DNA of 64,000 bases from an uncultured Bacteroides sp. (GCA_964442005.1 CAYTWG010000004.1:1694-65693), one strand, 5' to 3'; shown: positions 55,355 through 64,000, counted from the stretch's first letter. The notes: a model not told the origin generated them from the letters alone. Translations and numbers: made by a program.

Positions 55355-57994
55355 TTAAAGAGTGATTTTAGCTGTCTTGCCGGCGGCGGTGACGATATAG
55401 ATGCCGTGCTGCATCGGGATGGTGCAGCAGTCAGTGTCGGCTGTGAAGCAAGCCACCGTTCTGCCGGCGATATCGGTGACTGTCACCTCCGTTCCCTCGG
55501 CATTGGCTATCACGATGTTGCCGCCTGCCGCCGTCACTGTTATCTCTCCGCCGTTGAGGTCGCTGATACCTGCATATCCGGTGTTGACACCGCCCTTGAA
55601 TCCGAGAGCCGACTCCGATGCCGTTGCCGTGGCTCCGATGATATTGCTTATTGCGAGATCGGCGGCTTCGCCGTCGGCATGGATACTGACTGACATTATC
55701 GTGCCGTCACCGGTTCTGACGGGAGCGTTTGCCGCTGAGAACAGTATCACGCGCATTGTTCCGTCTCCGAGACGTGCCGTCGTCAGCGAGTGAGTGGCGG
55801 CAAGTTCGGGCGACAGCTCCACAGCGTCGATGGTGATGCCGTTGCCGGCGGCGATGTCAGCCTGGAGCGCTACAAATTCAGTAGCCGCTACGAGATGGAC
55901 GCCCACCTGTGCGTCGCCGCGGCTGTCAAGGGCGAAATTGTCGGCAATCAAGGTGTTGCAGCTGTTGAGCGGCATGCGTCGTGCCGATGTGGCACCTTCG
56001 GGATTGAATTGAAGCACCGCGTCGATGATTCCTGTCACGTCTGATATTGACACGCGGTCATCCTGATTGATGTCGGCGCAGATGAAATCGAACGTTTCAT
56101 TTTCAGCACCGATGATGTTGTTCGCGGCAGCTACGGCATCAGTCACTGTCAGCGATTTGCTTAAGTTGGCGTCGCCGAACTCATAGAGTCTGTCCGCTGC
56201 ATCATAGTCCGCCCAATGTTCCGCGCTGCGGTACTTCTCGCCCGATCCCGCCGGAATACGTATCATTATTTCTTCAGGGAAAGCATTGTCATTAATACTT
56301 ATCACCTCAGGGTTATAAATCCTTATATCGCTTAATCCGGAGCAGCCGAAGAACGTCGCATAACCAATCTCGGGAACAGATTCGGGAACAATCAGCGCCC
56401 CGGTAAAGCCCGAGCAGTCGAAGAACGCATAATCACCAATCTTGGTAACAGAACCGGGAATAGTCAGTGACCCGTTAAAACCCGAGCAACCGTGGAACAC
56501 CGCATCACCAATCTCGGTAACGGAATTGCCGATAGTCAGCGACCCGGTAAAGCCAAAGCAATTATGGAACGCCATGTAACCAATCTCGGTAACGGAATTG
56601 CCGATAGTCAACGACCCGGTAAAGCCGGTACAGTGCTGGAACGCCCTCGGACCAATCTTGGTCACGGAATTGGGGATAGAAAGCGACCCAGTAAAGCCAG
56701 TGCAGTCGCAGAACACCGCAGAACCAATCTCAGTAACAGAATTCGGGATTGTCAGTGACCCAGTAAAACCATGGCAGTCTTCGAACGCCCCATCACCAAT
56801 CTCAGTAACGGAATCAGGGATAGTCAGCGACCCGGTAAAGCCAGAGCAGCCATCGAACGCAAACGAACCAATCGTGGTAACGGAATTACCAATAGTCAGC
56901 GTCCCGGTAAAGCCGGTGCAATAGCAGAACGCCCCATCACCAATCACGGTAACGGAATCAGGGATAATCAGCGACCCGGTAAAGCCCCTGCAACCATAGA
57001 ACGCCACACCACCAATCTTGGTAACGGAATCAGGGATAGTCAGCGTCCCAGTAAAGCCGCTGCAATGACTGAACGCACCGTCGCTAATCTTGGTGACGGA
57101 ATTCGGGATATTAAGCGACCCGGTAAAACCAGAGCAGCAGGAGAACGCATTACCTCCGATCTCGGTAACGGAATTTGGGAGAGTCAGCATCCCAGTAAAA
57201 CCATGGCAGCCTTCGAACGCCGAATCACCAATCTCAGTAACGGAATTTGGGAGAGTCAGCGACCCGGTAAGCCCAAAGCAGTCGGAGAACGCACAAATAC
57301 CAATCTTGGTAACGTACTTACCGATAGTCAATGTTCCGCTGACAGATTTATTCCCAGACCTGATATTAGGATTTTGGCAAAACGCGCGAGAACCAATCGC
57401 GGTAACTTTGTAGTTTTTTCCGTTATACCTGACTTCATCGGGGATGACGAGATTGACGATATCTTCCGATGCGCCGGTTACGGTAGCCGTCAGAGTCGAT
57501 TCGTCGTAAGAATAAATCAGCGGGTCGTAGGGCTTGCTTTCAACATTTACTGTTACTAAAGGGAATGTCACTTCACTGTTGCCTGTTGATGAGAAAATTG
57601 CATCAGTGATGCTGATTGTCCCGCCGGAAAAGGTGTCTGACGCCTTGACTTTAAGATTCAGCAGTGTGCCGGAGGTTTCTAATGTGCTGTTAGAGTTTGA
57701 GAAGCATACCAGTTTCAGCGTGTTGCCGTCGATGTGAGCGCTTAATTGATGTGACTGTGATATAGTCGCGCCAAGCTCTGCACCGGGAGCTACGAATGAC
57801 AGCCCGTCGGAGAGCGTTACCGTAACCTGGAAACCGGTAAAAGCACCGTCGGCAGTGAGTTCCATAGAAATTTCATTCTCGACACCCTGCATTATCTCGG
57901 TCGCGGAAATTTTTAACGAGTTGGCGGCACTCATTGCTGAAGTGGCACATAAGATGCACACTAAAGCGACAATTCGGGATAAAAATTTACTCAT
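55355..57994 (-). CDS. cohesin-like / 14x LRR / dockerin-like / cohesin-like / T9SS-CTD surface protein
   Basis: 879 aa. N-terminal cohesin-like module, 14 units of 24 aa (GSLTIPNSVTEIGDGAF..C.GFT), two dockerin-like segments (GDANLSKSLTVTDAVAAANNII / ADINQDDRVSISDVTGIIDAVL), a second cohesin-like module, and the CTD ...HGIYIVTAAGKTAKITL. Confidence 0.7.
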   Translation of the reverse strand: MSKFLSRIVALVCILCATSAMSAANSLKISATEIMQGVENEISMELTADGAFTGFQVTVTLSDGLSFVAPGAELGATISQSHQLSAHIDGNTLKLVCFSNSNSTLETSGTLLNLKVKASDTFSGGTISITDAIFSSTGNSEVTFPLVTVNVESKPYDPLIYSYDESTLTATVTGASEDIVNLVIPDEVRYNGKNYKVTAIGSRAFCQNPNIRSGNKSVSGTLTIGKYVTKIGICAFSDCFGLTGSLTLPNSVTEIGDSAFEGCHGFTGMLTLPNSVTEIGGNAFSCCSGFTGSLNIPNSVTKISDGAFSHCSGFTGTLTIPDSVTKIGGVAFYGCRGFTGSLIIPDSVTVIGDGAFCYCTGFTGTLTIGNSVTTIGSFAFDGCSGFTGSLTIPDSVTEIGDGAFEDCHGFTGSLTIPNSVTEIGSAVFCDCTGFTGSLSIPNSVTKIGPRAFQHCTGFTGSLTIGNSVTEIGYMAFHNCFGFTGSLTIGNSVTEIGDAVFHGCSGFNGSLTIPGSVTKIGDYAFFDCSGFTGALIVPESVPEIGYATFFGCSGLSDIRIYNPEVISINDNAFPEEIMIRIPAGSGEKYRSAEHWADYDAADRLYEFGDANLSKSLTVTDAVAAANNIIGAENETFDFICADINQDDRVSISDVTGIIDAVLQFNPEGATSARRMPLNSCNTLIADNFALDSRGDAQVGVHLVAATEFVALQADIAAGNGITIDAVELSPELAATHSLTTARLGDGTMRVILFSAANAPVRTGDGTIMSVSIHADGEAADLAISNIIGATATASESALGFKGGVNTGYAGISDLNGGEITVTAAGGNIVIANAEGTEVTVTDIAGRTVACFTADTDCCTIPMQHGIYIVTAAGKTAKITL
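56330..57337. repeat. 14 tandem 72-bp coding repeats (LRR units)
   Basis: Stretches such as ACCAATCTCGGTAACGGAATTGCCGATAGTCA(G/A)CGACCCGGTAAAGCC recur exactly. The periodicity also shows in the plus-strand shadow ORFs (TNLGNGI.DSQRPGKA...). Confidence 0.85.
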
Positions 57995-58082
57995 AAAGGT
58001 CGATTTTATTGTGTTAAGACCGATTGATCTTCCGGATCACCCGGCACAAGCATTTATTTATAAGGTTAAAGTCATATAACGA

Positions 58083-58090
58083 CAAAGGTA
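58083..58090 (-). promoter_or_regulatory. -7 box TACCTTTG for the cohesin/LRR gene pair
   Basis: The plus strand reads CAAAGGTA, about 90 nt upstream of the ATG at 57994. Confidence 0.35.
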
Positions 58091-58187
58091 TCAATATTTT
58101 CCATTCCCCGCAACATCCCCCCGCATTTTTTTGCCGCATTTTTCACCCTCCCAATCGGAATTTGTGGCGTTTACCCATTACCCGCTT

Positions 58188-58289
58188 GTAGGGACGCGAT
58201 GCATCGCGTTATTATATAGATTGTTACGTGCCATGGCGCGGCGCGGACGGGTACATTGCGGCGGTTAACGCGATACATCGCGTCCGTAC
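58188..58289. repeat. REP/MITE-like element, copy g (inverted orientation, degenerate right arm)
   Basis: GTAGGGACGCGATGCATCGCGTTATTATAT ... GCGGCGGTTAACGCGATACATCGCGTCCGTAC. Confidence 0.8.
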
Positions 58290-58353
58290 AATAGACGTAC
58301 AATAGTCTGAAAAATCAAGGGGAAAACATTTTGTTTCATAAACTGAAAAGAGT

Positions 58354-58361
58354 TAACTTTG
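58354..58361 (+). promoter_or_regulatory. -7 box TAACTTTG (with TTTG at 58330-58333) for DUF4494-yggS
   Basis: TAnnTTTG plus TTTG at 20-nt spacing, about 53 nt before the ATG at 58414. Confidence 0.45.
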
Positions 58362-58413
58362 CCGTTGCTATTATTTATAAACAGAATCAAAAATTTAATA
58401 TCCTCCTACCGCT

Positions 58414-58869
58414 ATGGCAAACTGGTTTGAATGTAAAGTACGCTACGATAAAATGATGGAAAACGGTGCCCAGAAGAAAGTCAACGAGCCTTATCTCGTT
58501 GATGCTGTCTCGTTTACCGAAGCAGAGGCACGCATTATCGAAGAAATGACACCGTTTATTTCCGGAGACTTCTCAGTATCGGCTGTAAAACGCACAAAAA
58601 TCGCCGAAATATTCTGGGATGACTCAGCCGACAAATGGTATCTCGTAAAAGTCGCTTTCATCACTATTGACGAAAAAACTGCCGTCGAGAAGAAATCGGT
58701 CTCTCTCATCCTTGTAGCCGCCAATGATTTCCGCGGCGCTTTGGACAGTTTCATGGATGGCATGAAAGACACGATGGCCGACTTTGAAATTGTGTCCATT
58801 GCCGAGACTCCGATTATGGATGTCTACAGAATGAAAGTTGCCGGTGACAAGAAAACCACAGAAGAATAA
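58414..58869 (+). CDS. DUF4494-family protein
   Basis: 151 aa, MANWFECKVRYDKMMENGAQKKVNEPYLVDA.SFTEAEARI, characteristic of DUF4494 (recalled). Confidence 0.7.
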   Translation: MANWFECKVRYDKMMENGAQKKVNEPYLVDAVSFTEAEARIIEEMTPFISGDFSVSAVKRTKIAEIFWDDSADKWYLVKVAFITIDEKTAVEKKSVSLILVAANDFRGALDSFMDGMKDTMADFEIVSIAETPIMDVYRMKVAGDKKTTEE

Positions 58870-59540
58870 TGTCGACCGACATAGCTAAAAAGATTACGGC
58901 AATCACTTCGACGCTGCCTGAAGGCGTCGAGCTGGTTGCCGTTTCCAAATTCCATCCCGCCGAGGCGATAATGGAGGCTTACGGTGCCGGACAACGCATC
59001 TTCGGAGAAAGCCGCGTCCAGGAACTTCTCACCAAAATCCCGGCACTGCCTGCCGACATAAAATGGCACTTTATCGGTCATCTGCAAACCAACAAGGTGC
59101 GTCAGCTCATCGGCAAAGTCGCGCTGATCGAGAGTGTCGACTCGGAACGTCTGCTGCAACTTATCGACAATGAAAGCCACCGCGCCGGTGTGGTGACACG
59201 AGTGCTGATGCAAGTACATGTGGCTCAGGAAGAAACAAAATACGGTTTCACACCCGACGAACTGTTGAAATACTTTGCCGACCGGCGCTTCGAGTCGCTG
59301 CGCGCCACCCACCTGTGCGGCATCATGGGCATGGCGTCAAACACCGACGACCGTGAGCGGGTTACCGCCGACTTCCTTGCAATCAGACATCTCTATGACA
59401 CTATCGTAGCCTCGACACCCGACCTGCGGGGATTTGACATCGTCAGCATGGGGATGAGCGATGACCGCGACATAGCAATAGCCAGCGGCTCGACCATGGT
59501 GCGTATAGGCACAGATATCTTCGGCGCCCGCGAATACTGA
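58869..59540 (+). CDS. yggS: YggS-family pyridoxal-phosphate homeostasis protein
   Basis: VAVSKFHP (PLP lysine), GENRVQE-like FGESRVQEL, WHFIGHLQTNKV and MGMS.D. Confidence 0.85.
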   Translation: MSTDIAKKITAITSTLPEGVELVAVSKFHPAEAIMEAYGAGQRIFGESRVQELLTKIPALPADIKWHFIGHLQTNKVRQLIGKVALIESVDSERLLQLIDNESHRAGVVTRVLMQVHVAQEETKYGFTPDELLKYFADRRFESLRATHLCGIMGMASNTDDRERVTADFLAIRHLYDTIVASTPDLRGFDIVSMGMSDDRDIAIASGSTMVRIGTDIFGAREY

Positions 59541-59615
59541 ATCACAAGGGGCATCAACGGCATTTTCAAGCCCATTTTTTTTTAATATTTTTATAAATAT
59601 TATTATAAAAAGCGT

Positions 59616-59623
59616 TATCTTTG
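59616..59623 (+). promoter_or_regulatory. -7 box TATCTTTG for the MFS transporter gene
   Basis: Matches TAnnTTTG, about 84 nt upstream of the ATG at 59707. Confidence 0.4.
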
Positions 59624-59706
59624 TGAACCGAGACACGGCATCATCAGCCCGCTCTTACCTTGAAACTAATCAATCTAAAACAAATAACTAATCATTAATC
59701 CTCTCA

Positions 59707-61035
59707 ATGGCAACACAATCAGCAAAAAAAGACAACAATTTAGTTGCTATCATTACAATGTTCTTCATCTTTGCAATGATTTCGTTTGTTACAAACATGG
59801 CAGCTCCGTTCGGTAATATCTGGGGTTTCAGATACGAATGGGCAGGCATGGCAGGTAACCTTATGAACTTCACGGCTTACCTCTTCATGGGTATTCCCGC
59901 AGGTAACATGCTCATCAAGTTCGGTTACAAGAAAACCACTCTTATCGCCCTCGCAGTCGGCGCTATCGGTCTGAGCATCCAGCTCCTCTCAAGCGTAGCA
60001 GGCGGCAACATTGTCGTAATCGGCGGTGAGAATCCCACTACACTTGACCTCTTCATCTACCTTCTCGGTGCACTGGTCTGCGGTGTCTGTGTCTGCATGC
60101 TTAACACCGTTGTAAACCCCATGCTCAACCTCCTCGGCGGCGGCGGTAACAAGGGTAACCAGCTCATCCAGACCGGTGGTACACTCAACTCACTCTCAGG
60201 TACACTGACCCCTATGCTCGTAGGTATGCTCATCGGTACCCTTACCAAAGAGACCACCCTCGCATCAGTTGCTCCTCTGGTAATCACCGGTATCTGCATC
60301 TTCGTAGCAGCTCTCATCATCATTTCATTCATTAAAATCAAAGAGCCTCAGGCTAACCTCAACAAGGTAAAATACGAGCACAGCCCTCTCGCATTCCGTC
60401 ACTGCCTTCTCGGCGTGATCGCTATCTTCTTCTATGTAGGTATTGAAATCGGTATCCCCGGTGAGCTTAACGCATGGATCAGCCGTGAAAGCTTTGAAGG
60501 AGCAGCTGCCGTAGCCGGCTCACTTGCCGCTATCTACTGGCTGATGATGCTCGTAGGTCGTCTGCTTAGCTCAGTAATCAGCGGTAAAGTATCGACCCGC
60601 ACTCAGATGGTGACAGCAACAACCGTTGCAATCGTGTTCCTCCTCATCGCAATCTTCCTCCCCGAGGACATCACATTCCACTCACCCAGCATTGAATCAC
60701 TCAACATCACCAGCGGCGAAGTTCCCATGAAGTGTCTCTTCCTCTTCCTCTGCGGTCTCTGCACCTCAGTAATGTGGGGCGGTATCTACAACCTCGCTGT
60801 TGAAGGACTCGGCAAATACACAGCAAAGGCATCAGGCATCTTCATGATGATGGTAGTCGGCGGTGGTATCATGCCCTTCATCCAGGACTGGATCGGTCGT
60901 AACTTCAGTTACGTTCAGAGCTACTGGCTTGTAATCGCTATGCTCGTCTACATCCTCTACTACTCTATCATCGGATCGAAGAACGTCAACAAGGACATAC
61001 CCGTTGACGAAGCACCCGACCTCCGTGACCTCTAA
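59707..61035 (+). CDS. MFS sugar transporter (glucose/galactose or fucose permease-like)
   Basis: 442 aa with about 12 TM segments. The N-terminal region resembles FucP/GluP-family permeases (by eye). Confidence 0.7.
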   Translation: MATQSAKKDNNLVAIITMFFIFAMISFVTNMAAPFGNIWGFRYEWAGMAGNLMNFTAYLFMGIPAGNMLIKFGYKKTTLIALAVGAIGLSIQLLSSVAGGNIVVIGGENPTTLDLFIYLLGALVCGVCVCMLNTVVNPMLNLLGGGGNKGNQLIQTGGTLNSLSGTLTPMLVGMLIGTLTKETTLASVAPLVITGICIFVAALIIISFIKIKEPQANLNKVKYEHSPLAFRHCLLGVIAIFFYVGIEIGIPGELNAWISRESFEGAAAVAGSLAAIYWLMMLVGRLLSSVISGKVSTRTQMVTATTVAIVFLLIAIFLPEDITFHSPSIESLNITSGEVPMKCLFLFLCGLCTSVMWGGIYNLAVEGLGKYTAKASGIFMMMVVGGGIMPFIQDWIGRNFSYVQSYWLVIAMLVYILYYSIIGSKNVNKDIPVDEAPDLRDL

Positions 61036-61110
61036 TCAGAGGATGACGGACTCACTGACAAATCCGTTTCAACTAATTATTCACTAACCTATTATTTATC
61101 AAACTTCAGG

Positions 61111-61154
61111 CTGTTGTCCGGCGACAATTTCCACTTTTTGCCTCCGGACAACAG
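61111..61154 (+). terminator. hairpin plus T-run between the transporter gene and tkt
   Basis: 11-bp stem CTGTTGTCCGG / CCGGACAACAG, followed by TTCTGATTTTT. Confidence 0.55.
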
Positions 61155-61177
61155 TTCTGATTTTTCAAATCATTCCT

Positions 61178-63214
61178 ATGGAACTTAATTCTGAATTGCT
61201 TACGCGCGCAGCCAATAACATCAGAGTATTGGTGGCATCCATGGTCGAGAAATCAAAGTCGGGGCACCCCGGCGGAGCCATGGGAGGCGCTGATTTTGTA
61301 AACGTACTGTATTCCAACTTCCTCGTGACCGACCCCGACAATCCCACCTGGATTGCCCGCGACCGCTTCTTCCTTGATCCCGGTCACATGTCAACCATGC
61401 TCTATTCAGTGCTCGCACTGACCGGCAAGTACACCCTCGCCGAGTTACAGCAGTTCCGTCAGTGGGGCAGCGTGACACCGGGACACCCCGAAGTAGACCC
61501 CAAACGCGGTGTTGAAAACACCTCCGGTCCCCTCGGTCAGGGTCACACCATGGCTGTCGGCTGCGCTATCGCCGAACGCTTCCTCGCAGCACGTTTCGGA
61601 AAAGTGGTTGAACACAAGACTTACGCATTCATCTCTGACGGCGGCATCCAGGAGGAAATCTCACAAGGAGCCGGTCGTCTCGCAGGACACCTCGGACTCA
61701 GCAACCTCATCATGTTCTACGACTGCAACGAAGTGCAGCTCTCGACAATGGTAAAGGACGTAGACGCCGAGGACTATGCAGCAAAATACCGTGCATGGCA
61801 CTGGAACGTCATCGAAGTTGACGGCACCGATCCCCTCGCTCTCGCAGGCGCTCTCGCCAAGGCACAAGCCGAGACAGAGAAACCGACCCTCATCATCGGT
61901 AAGACTGTTATGGGACGCGGTTGCGTGACAGCCGACGGCTCTAACTTTGAAGGCAAGTGCAGCACTCACGGTCAGCCCATCAGCAAGTCGGGTGCCGACT
62001 ACGCCATGACAGTCAAGAATCTTGGCGGTGATCCCGAGAATCCCTGGGTAATCTGGGAGGACGTGAAAGCCCTCTACAAGCATCGTGACGAGGAGCTGCG
62101 CAAGATTGTCGCCGAACGTCATGCCGAAGAAAAAGCATGGGCAGAGGCAAATCCCGAACTTGCACAGGAACTCCAGAACTTCATCGACGGCAAACTTCCC
62201 AATATCGACTACAGCGCCATCGTGCAGAAAGCCAACGACGCCACCCGTAACGCATCAGCGACAGTGCTCGGTGTGCTCGCAGAGAATGTCAAGAACATGA
62301 TCGTATCGAGCGCCGACCTCGCCAACAGCGACAAGACCGACGGATTCCTCAAGAAAACCACCGCATTCAAGAAAGGTGACTTCTCGGGCGCATTCCTCCA
62401 GGCAGGTGTTGCCGAGCTTACAATGGCTTCAGTAATGAACGGTATCGCTCTCCACGGCGGTGTCATCGGCGCCTGCGGTACATTCTTCGTATTCTCCGAT
62501 TACATGAAACCCGCCGTGCGTCTTGCCGCCTTGATGGAACTCCCCGTCAAATATATCTGGACTCACGACGCCTTCCGCGTAGGTGAGGACGGTCCCACTC
62601 ACGAACCGGTTGAACAGGAAGCTCAGATACGTCTCATGGAAGAGCTGAAGAATTTCAGCGGCAAGCCGAGCGTACTGGTGCTCCGTCCCGCCGACAGCAT
62701 CGAGACAAGCGTAGCATGGGAAATGGCGATGGAGAACAACGAGACTCCTACCGCGCTCATCCTTTCACGCCAGAACATCAAGGACCTGCCCGCAGCTACC
62801 GGCAACCGCTATCAGGAAGCTCTCGGCGCACGCAATGGCGGATATGTAGTCATGGACTCTCCCTGCCCCAAGGTTGTCCTTGTAGGTAACGGATCGGAAG
62901 TTTCACTCCTCTGCGAGGTGGCAACCCTCCTCGAAGCCGGTGAAATCCCCGCCCGCGTGGTATCTGTTCCTTCAATCGGTCTTTTCGAGCAGCAGTCTAA
63001 GGAATACCGCGAAAGTGTTATCCCCAATGGCGTTCCCGTATTCGGTCTGACAGCAGGACTTCCCTCTACCCTGCGCTCACTCGTAGGCGCTCACGGTATG
63101 GTCTACGGTCTCGATCACTTCGGTGCTTCAGCACCCTATCAGGTGCTCGACGAGAAATTCGGCTTCACCGCACAGAACGTGCTTGACGCTGTCCTCAAAT
63201 TCATAGGAAAATAA
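61178..63214 (+). CDS. tkt: transketolase
   Basis: 678 aa with SGHPGGAMGGADF, GPLGQG, and the ThDP motif region GDG.Q-like ISDGGIQEE. Typical C-terminal domain. Confidence 0.95.
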   Translation: MELNSELLTRAANNIRVLVASMVEKSKSGHPGGAMGGADFVNVLYSNFLVTDPDNPTWIARDRFFLDPGHMSTMLYSVLALTGKYTLAELQQFRQWGSVTPGHPEVDPKRGVENTSGPLGQGHTMAVGCAIAERFLAARFGKVVEHKTYAFISDGGIQEEISQGAGRLAGHLGLSNLIMFYDCNEVQLSTMVKDVDAEDYAAKYRAWHWNVIEVDGTDPLALAGALAKAQAETEKPTLIIGKTVMGRGCVTADGSNFEGKCSTHGQPISKSGADYAMTVKNLGGDPENPWVIWEDVKALYKHRDEELRKIVAERHAEEKAWAEANPELAQELQNFIDGKLPNIDYSAIVQKANDATRNASATVLGVLAENVKNMIVSSADLANSDKTDGFLKKTTAFKKGDFSGAFLQAGVAELTMASVMNGIALHGGVIGACGTFFVFSDYMKPAVRLAALMELPVKYIWTHDAFRVGEDGPTHEPVEQEAQIRLMEELKNFSGKPSVLVLRPADSIETSVAWEMAMENNETPTALILSRQNIKDLPAATGNRYQEALGARNGGYVVMDSPCPKVVLVGNGSEVSLLCEVATLLEAGEIPARVVSVPSIGLFEQQSKEYRESVIPNGVPVFGLTAGLPSTLRSLVGAHGMVYGLDHFGASAPYQVLDEKFGFTAQNVLDAVLKFIGK

Positions 63215-63233
63215 ATTAACCGCTGAATAAAGA

Positions 63234-63276
63234 ATAACGGCGACCGTGGCTTACAGACAGCCACAGTCGCCGTTAT
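63234..63276 (+). terminator. rho-independent terminator after tkt
   Basis: Stem ATAACGGCGACCGTGGC / GCCACAGTCGCCGTTAT (one mismatch), followed by TTTTTT. It can also serve the convergent gene. Confidence 0.65.
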
Positions 63277-63342
63277 TTTTTATACTTATTACGCGCCATA
63301 AATAAGCGCGCCATGATGAAATGCAAGGGCCAAAATGTCGGA

Positions 63343-64000
63343 TCAGAAACGGGCGCGGATAAGGACGGGGAAATGATCGGAGGGCATGCGGGTACGGAAC
63401 TTAGCCATCTTAAGCTCGGCGGGGGCGTCACGGGTCGCCGCGTCCTCGGCGTCCTCGGGGGTGCGATAGCTATCGGTCAGAATACCGTATTTGATAACTT
63501 CAATCTCAGGACTGACAAAGAGGTGGTCAAGGCGGCTTGTGGTGTACGAATCGGGACGGAACGAATTGAACGTACCGTTAAGTTCATACACACGCGTCGT
63601 CTTGTCGTGAGAATCATCAAGCAACGGACTGGAAGTTATGAGCCTATAAGGATCGCTCGTCTGGTCTACGTTGAAGTCTCCGGTAAGAAATGTGGGCAAT
63701 CCCTGTCCAAGTTGGGTCACTCGCTCAAGGACGAGACGCGCACTCTCGGCACGGGCAGTCACACCGATATGATCCATGTGAAGATTGAAAAACATAAACT
63801 CCTTGCCTGACGGACGATGACGGAACTTCCCCCATGAACAGATACGGGGCTCGGCAGCATCCCACCCCTTTCCGGGCTGTGCCGGGGTCTCAGACAGCCA
63901 GAAGTCACCATTGTCGAGGAGTTCAAACAAGTCGGTACGGTAGAAAATCGCCGAGTGCTCGCCAGCCGTCTTGCCGTCATTACGCCCTACTCCGATACAA
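63343..64000 (-). CDS. endonuclease/exonuclease/phosphatase (EEP) family protein, C-terminal part; gene continues past the window end
   Basis: The frame stays open upstream of the track's Met (…GVGRNDGKTAGEHSAIFYRTDLFELLD…). FFNLHMDH, TGDFN and SDHFPV are EEP motifs. Confidence 0.8.
   Translation of the reverse strand, partial: CIGVGRNDGKTAGEHSAIFYRTDLFELLDNGDFWLSETPAQPGKGWDAAEPRICSWGKFRHRPSGKEFMFFNLHMDHIGVTARAESARLVLERVTQLGQGLPTFLTGDFNVDQTSDPYRLITSSPLLDDSHDKTTRVYELNGTFNSFRPDSYTTSRLDHLFVSPEIEVIKYGILTDSYRTPEDAEDAATRDAPAELKMAKFRTRMPSDHFPVLIRARF

Noticed and set aside
56492-57559. Plus-strand ORFs of 88, 108, 262 and 107 aa with repeating TNLGNGI.DSQRPGKA sequences
   Set aside because: These are shadow frames of the 72-bp LRR repeats in the minus-strand gene at 55355-57994, which has a signal peptide, a coherent domain structure and a T9SS CTD.

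Overview
This 64-kb chromosomal segment reads as a Bacteroidales (Bacteroidota) genome. The signs are TAnnTTTG-type -7 promoter boxes, A-rich leaders without Shine-Dalgarno sites, T9SS C-terminal sorting domains, fimbrillin-family lipoproteins, BtuG-type B12 capture genes and phylum-typical DUF genes (DUF4295, DUF4286, DUF3098, DUF4492, DUF4494). The backbone is GC-rich housekeeping (about 63% in one hand-counted line): nadE, rpmB-rpmG, ruvC, xpt, murF/alr fusion, obg, miaB, ftsX-DUF3098-uppP-truB-queA, cydAB, yggS and tkt. Several accessory or unusual pieces sit in this backbone. (1) An eight-gene, tightly packed minus-strand operon (24.3-34.7 kb) joins three fimbrillin-like lipoproteins to BspA-type LRR proteins, a beta-barrel-like protein and a tail-anchored Hanks Ser/Thr kinase. 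One fimbrillin-like protein is fused to an LRR, a BACON-like module and an M64-like peptidase. (2) Two near-identical cobalamin riboswitches are present. One controls a btuB-lipoprotein-btuG locus. The other carries a btuB 5' remnant and is coupled to a stand-alone lipoprotein. (3) An AT-rich islet (about 28% GC in one hand-counted line) holds small lipoprotein/membrane genes bounded by a perfect 99-bp direct repeat. (4) A dispersed REP/MITE-like nested-palindrome family (core GTAGGGACGCGATGCATCGCGTCCCTAC) occurs seven times, always between genes, including a cluster with a 167-bp tandem duplication. (5) A roughly 360-nt promoter-proximal non-coding region has long-range complementarity and is a candidate structured RNA. 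(6) A pair of T9SS-sorted proteins carries cohesin-like modules. One of them also has a dockerin-like module and fourteen 72-bp LRR repeats. (7) Two divergent queA paralogues are present. (8) A partial nonulosonic-acid module (neuC/neuA/CBS-nucleotidyltransferase) lies upstream of obg. No rRNA, tRNA, CRISPR array, transposase or integrase was recognised. All family assignments come from motif recognition by eye and recall, not from searches.
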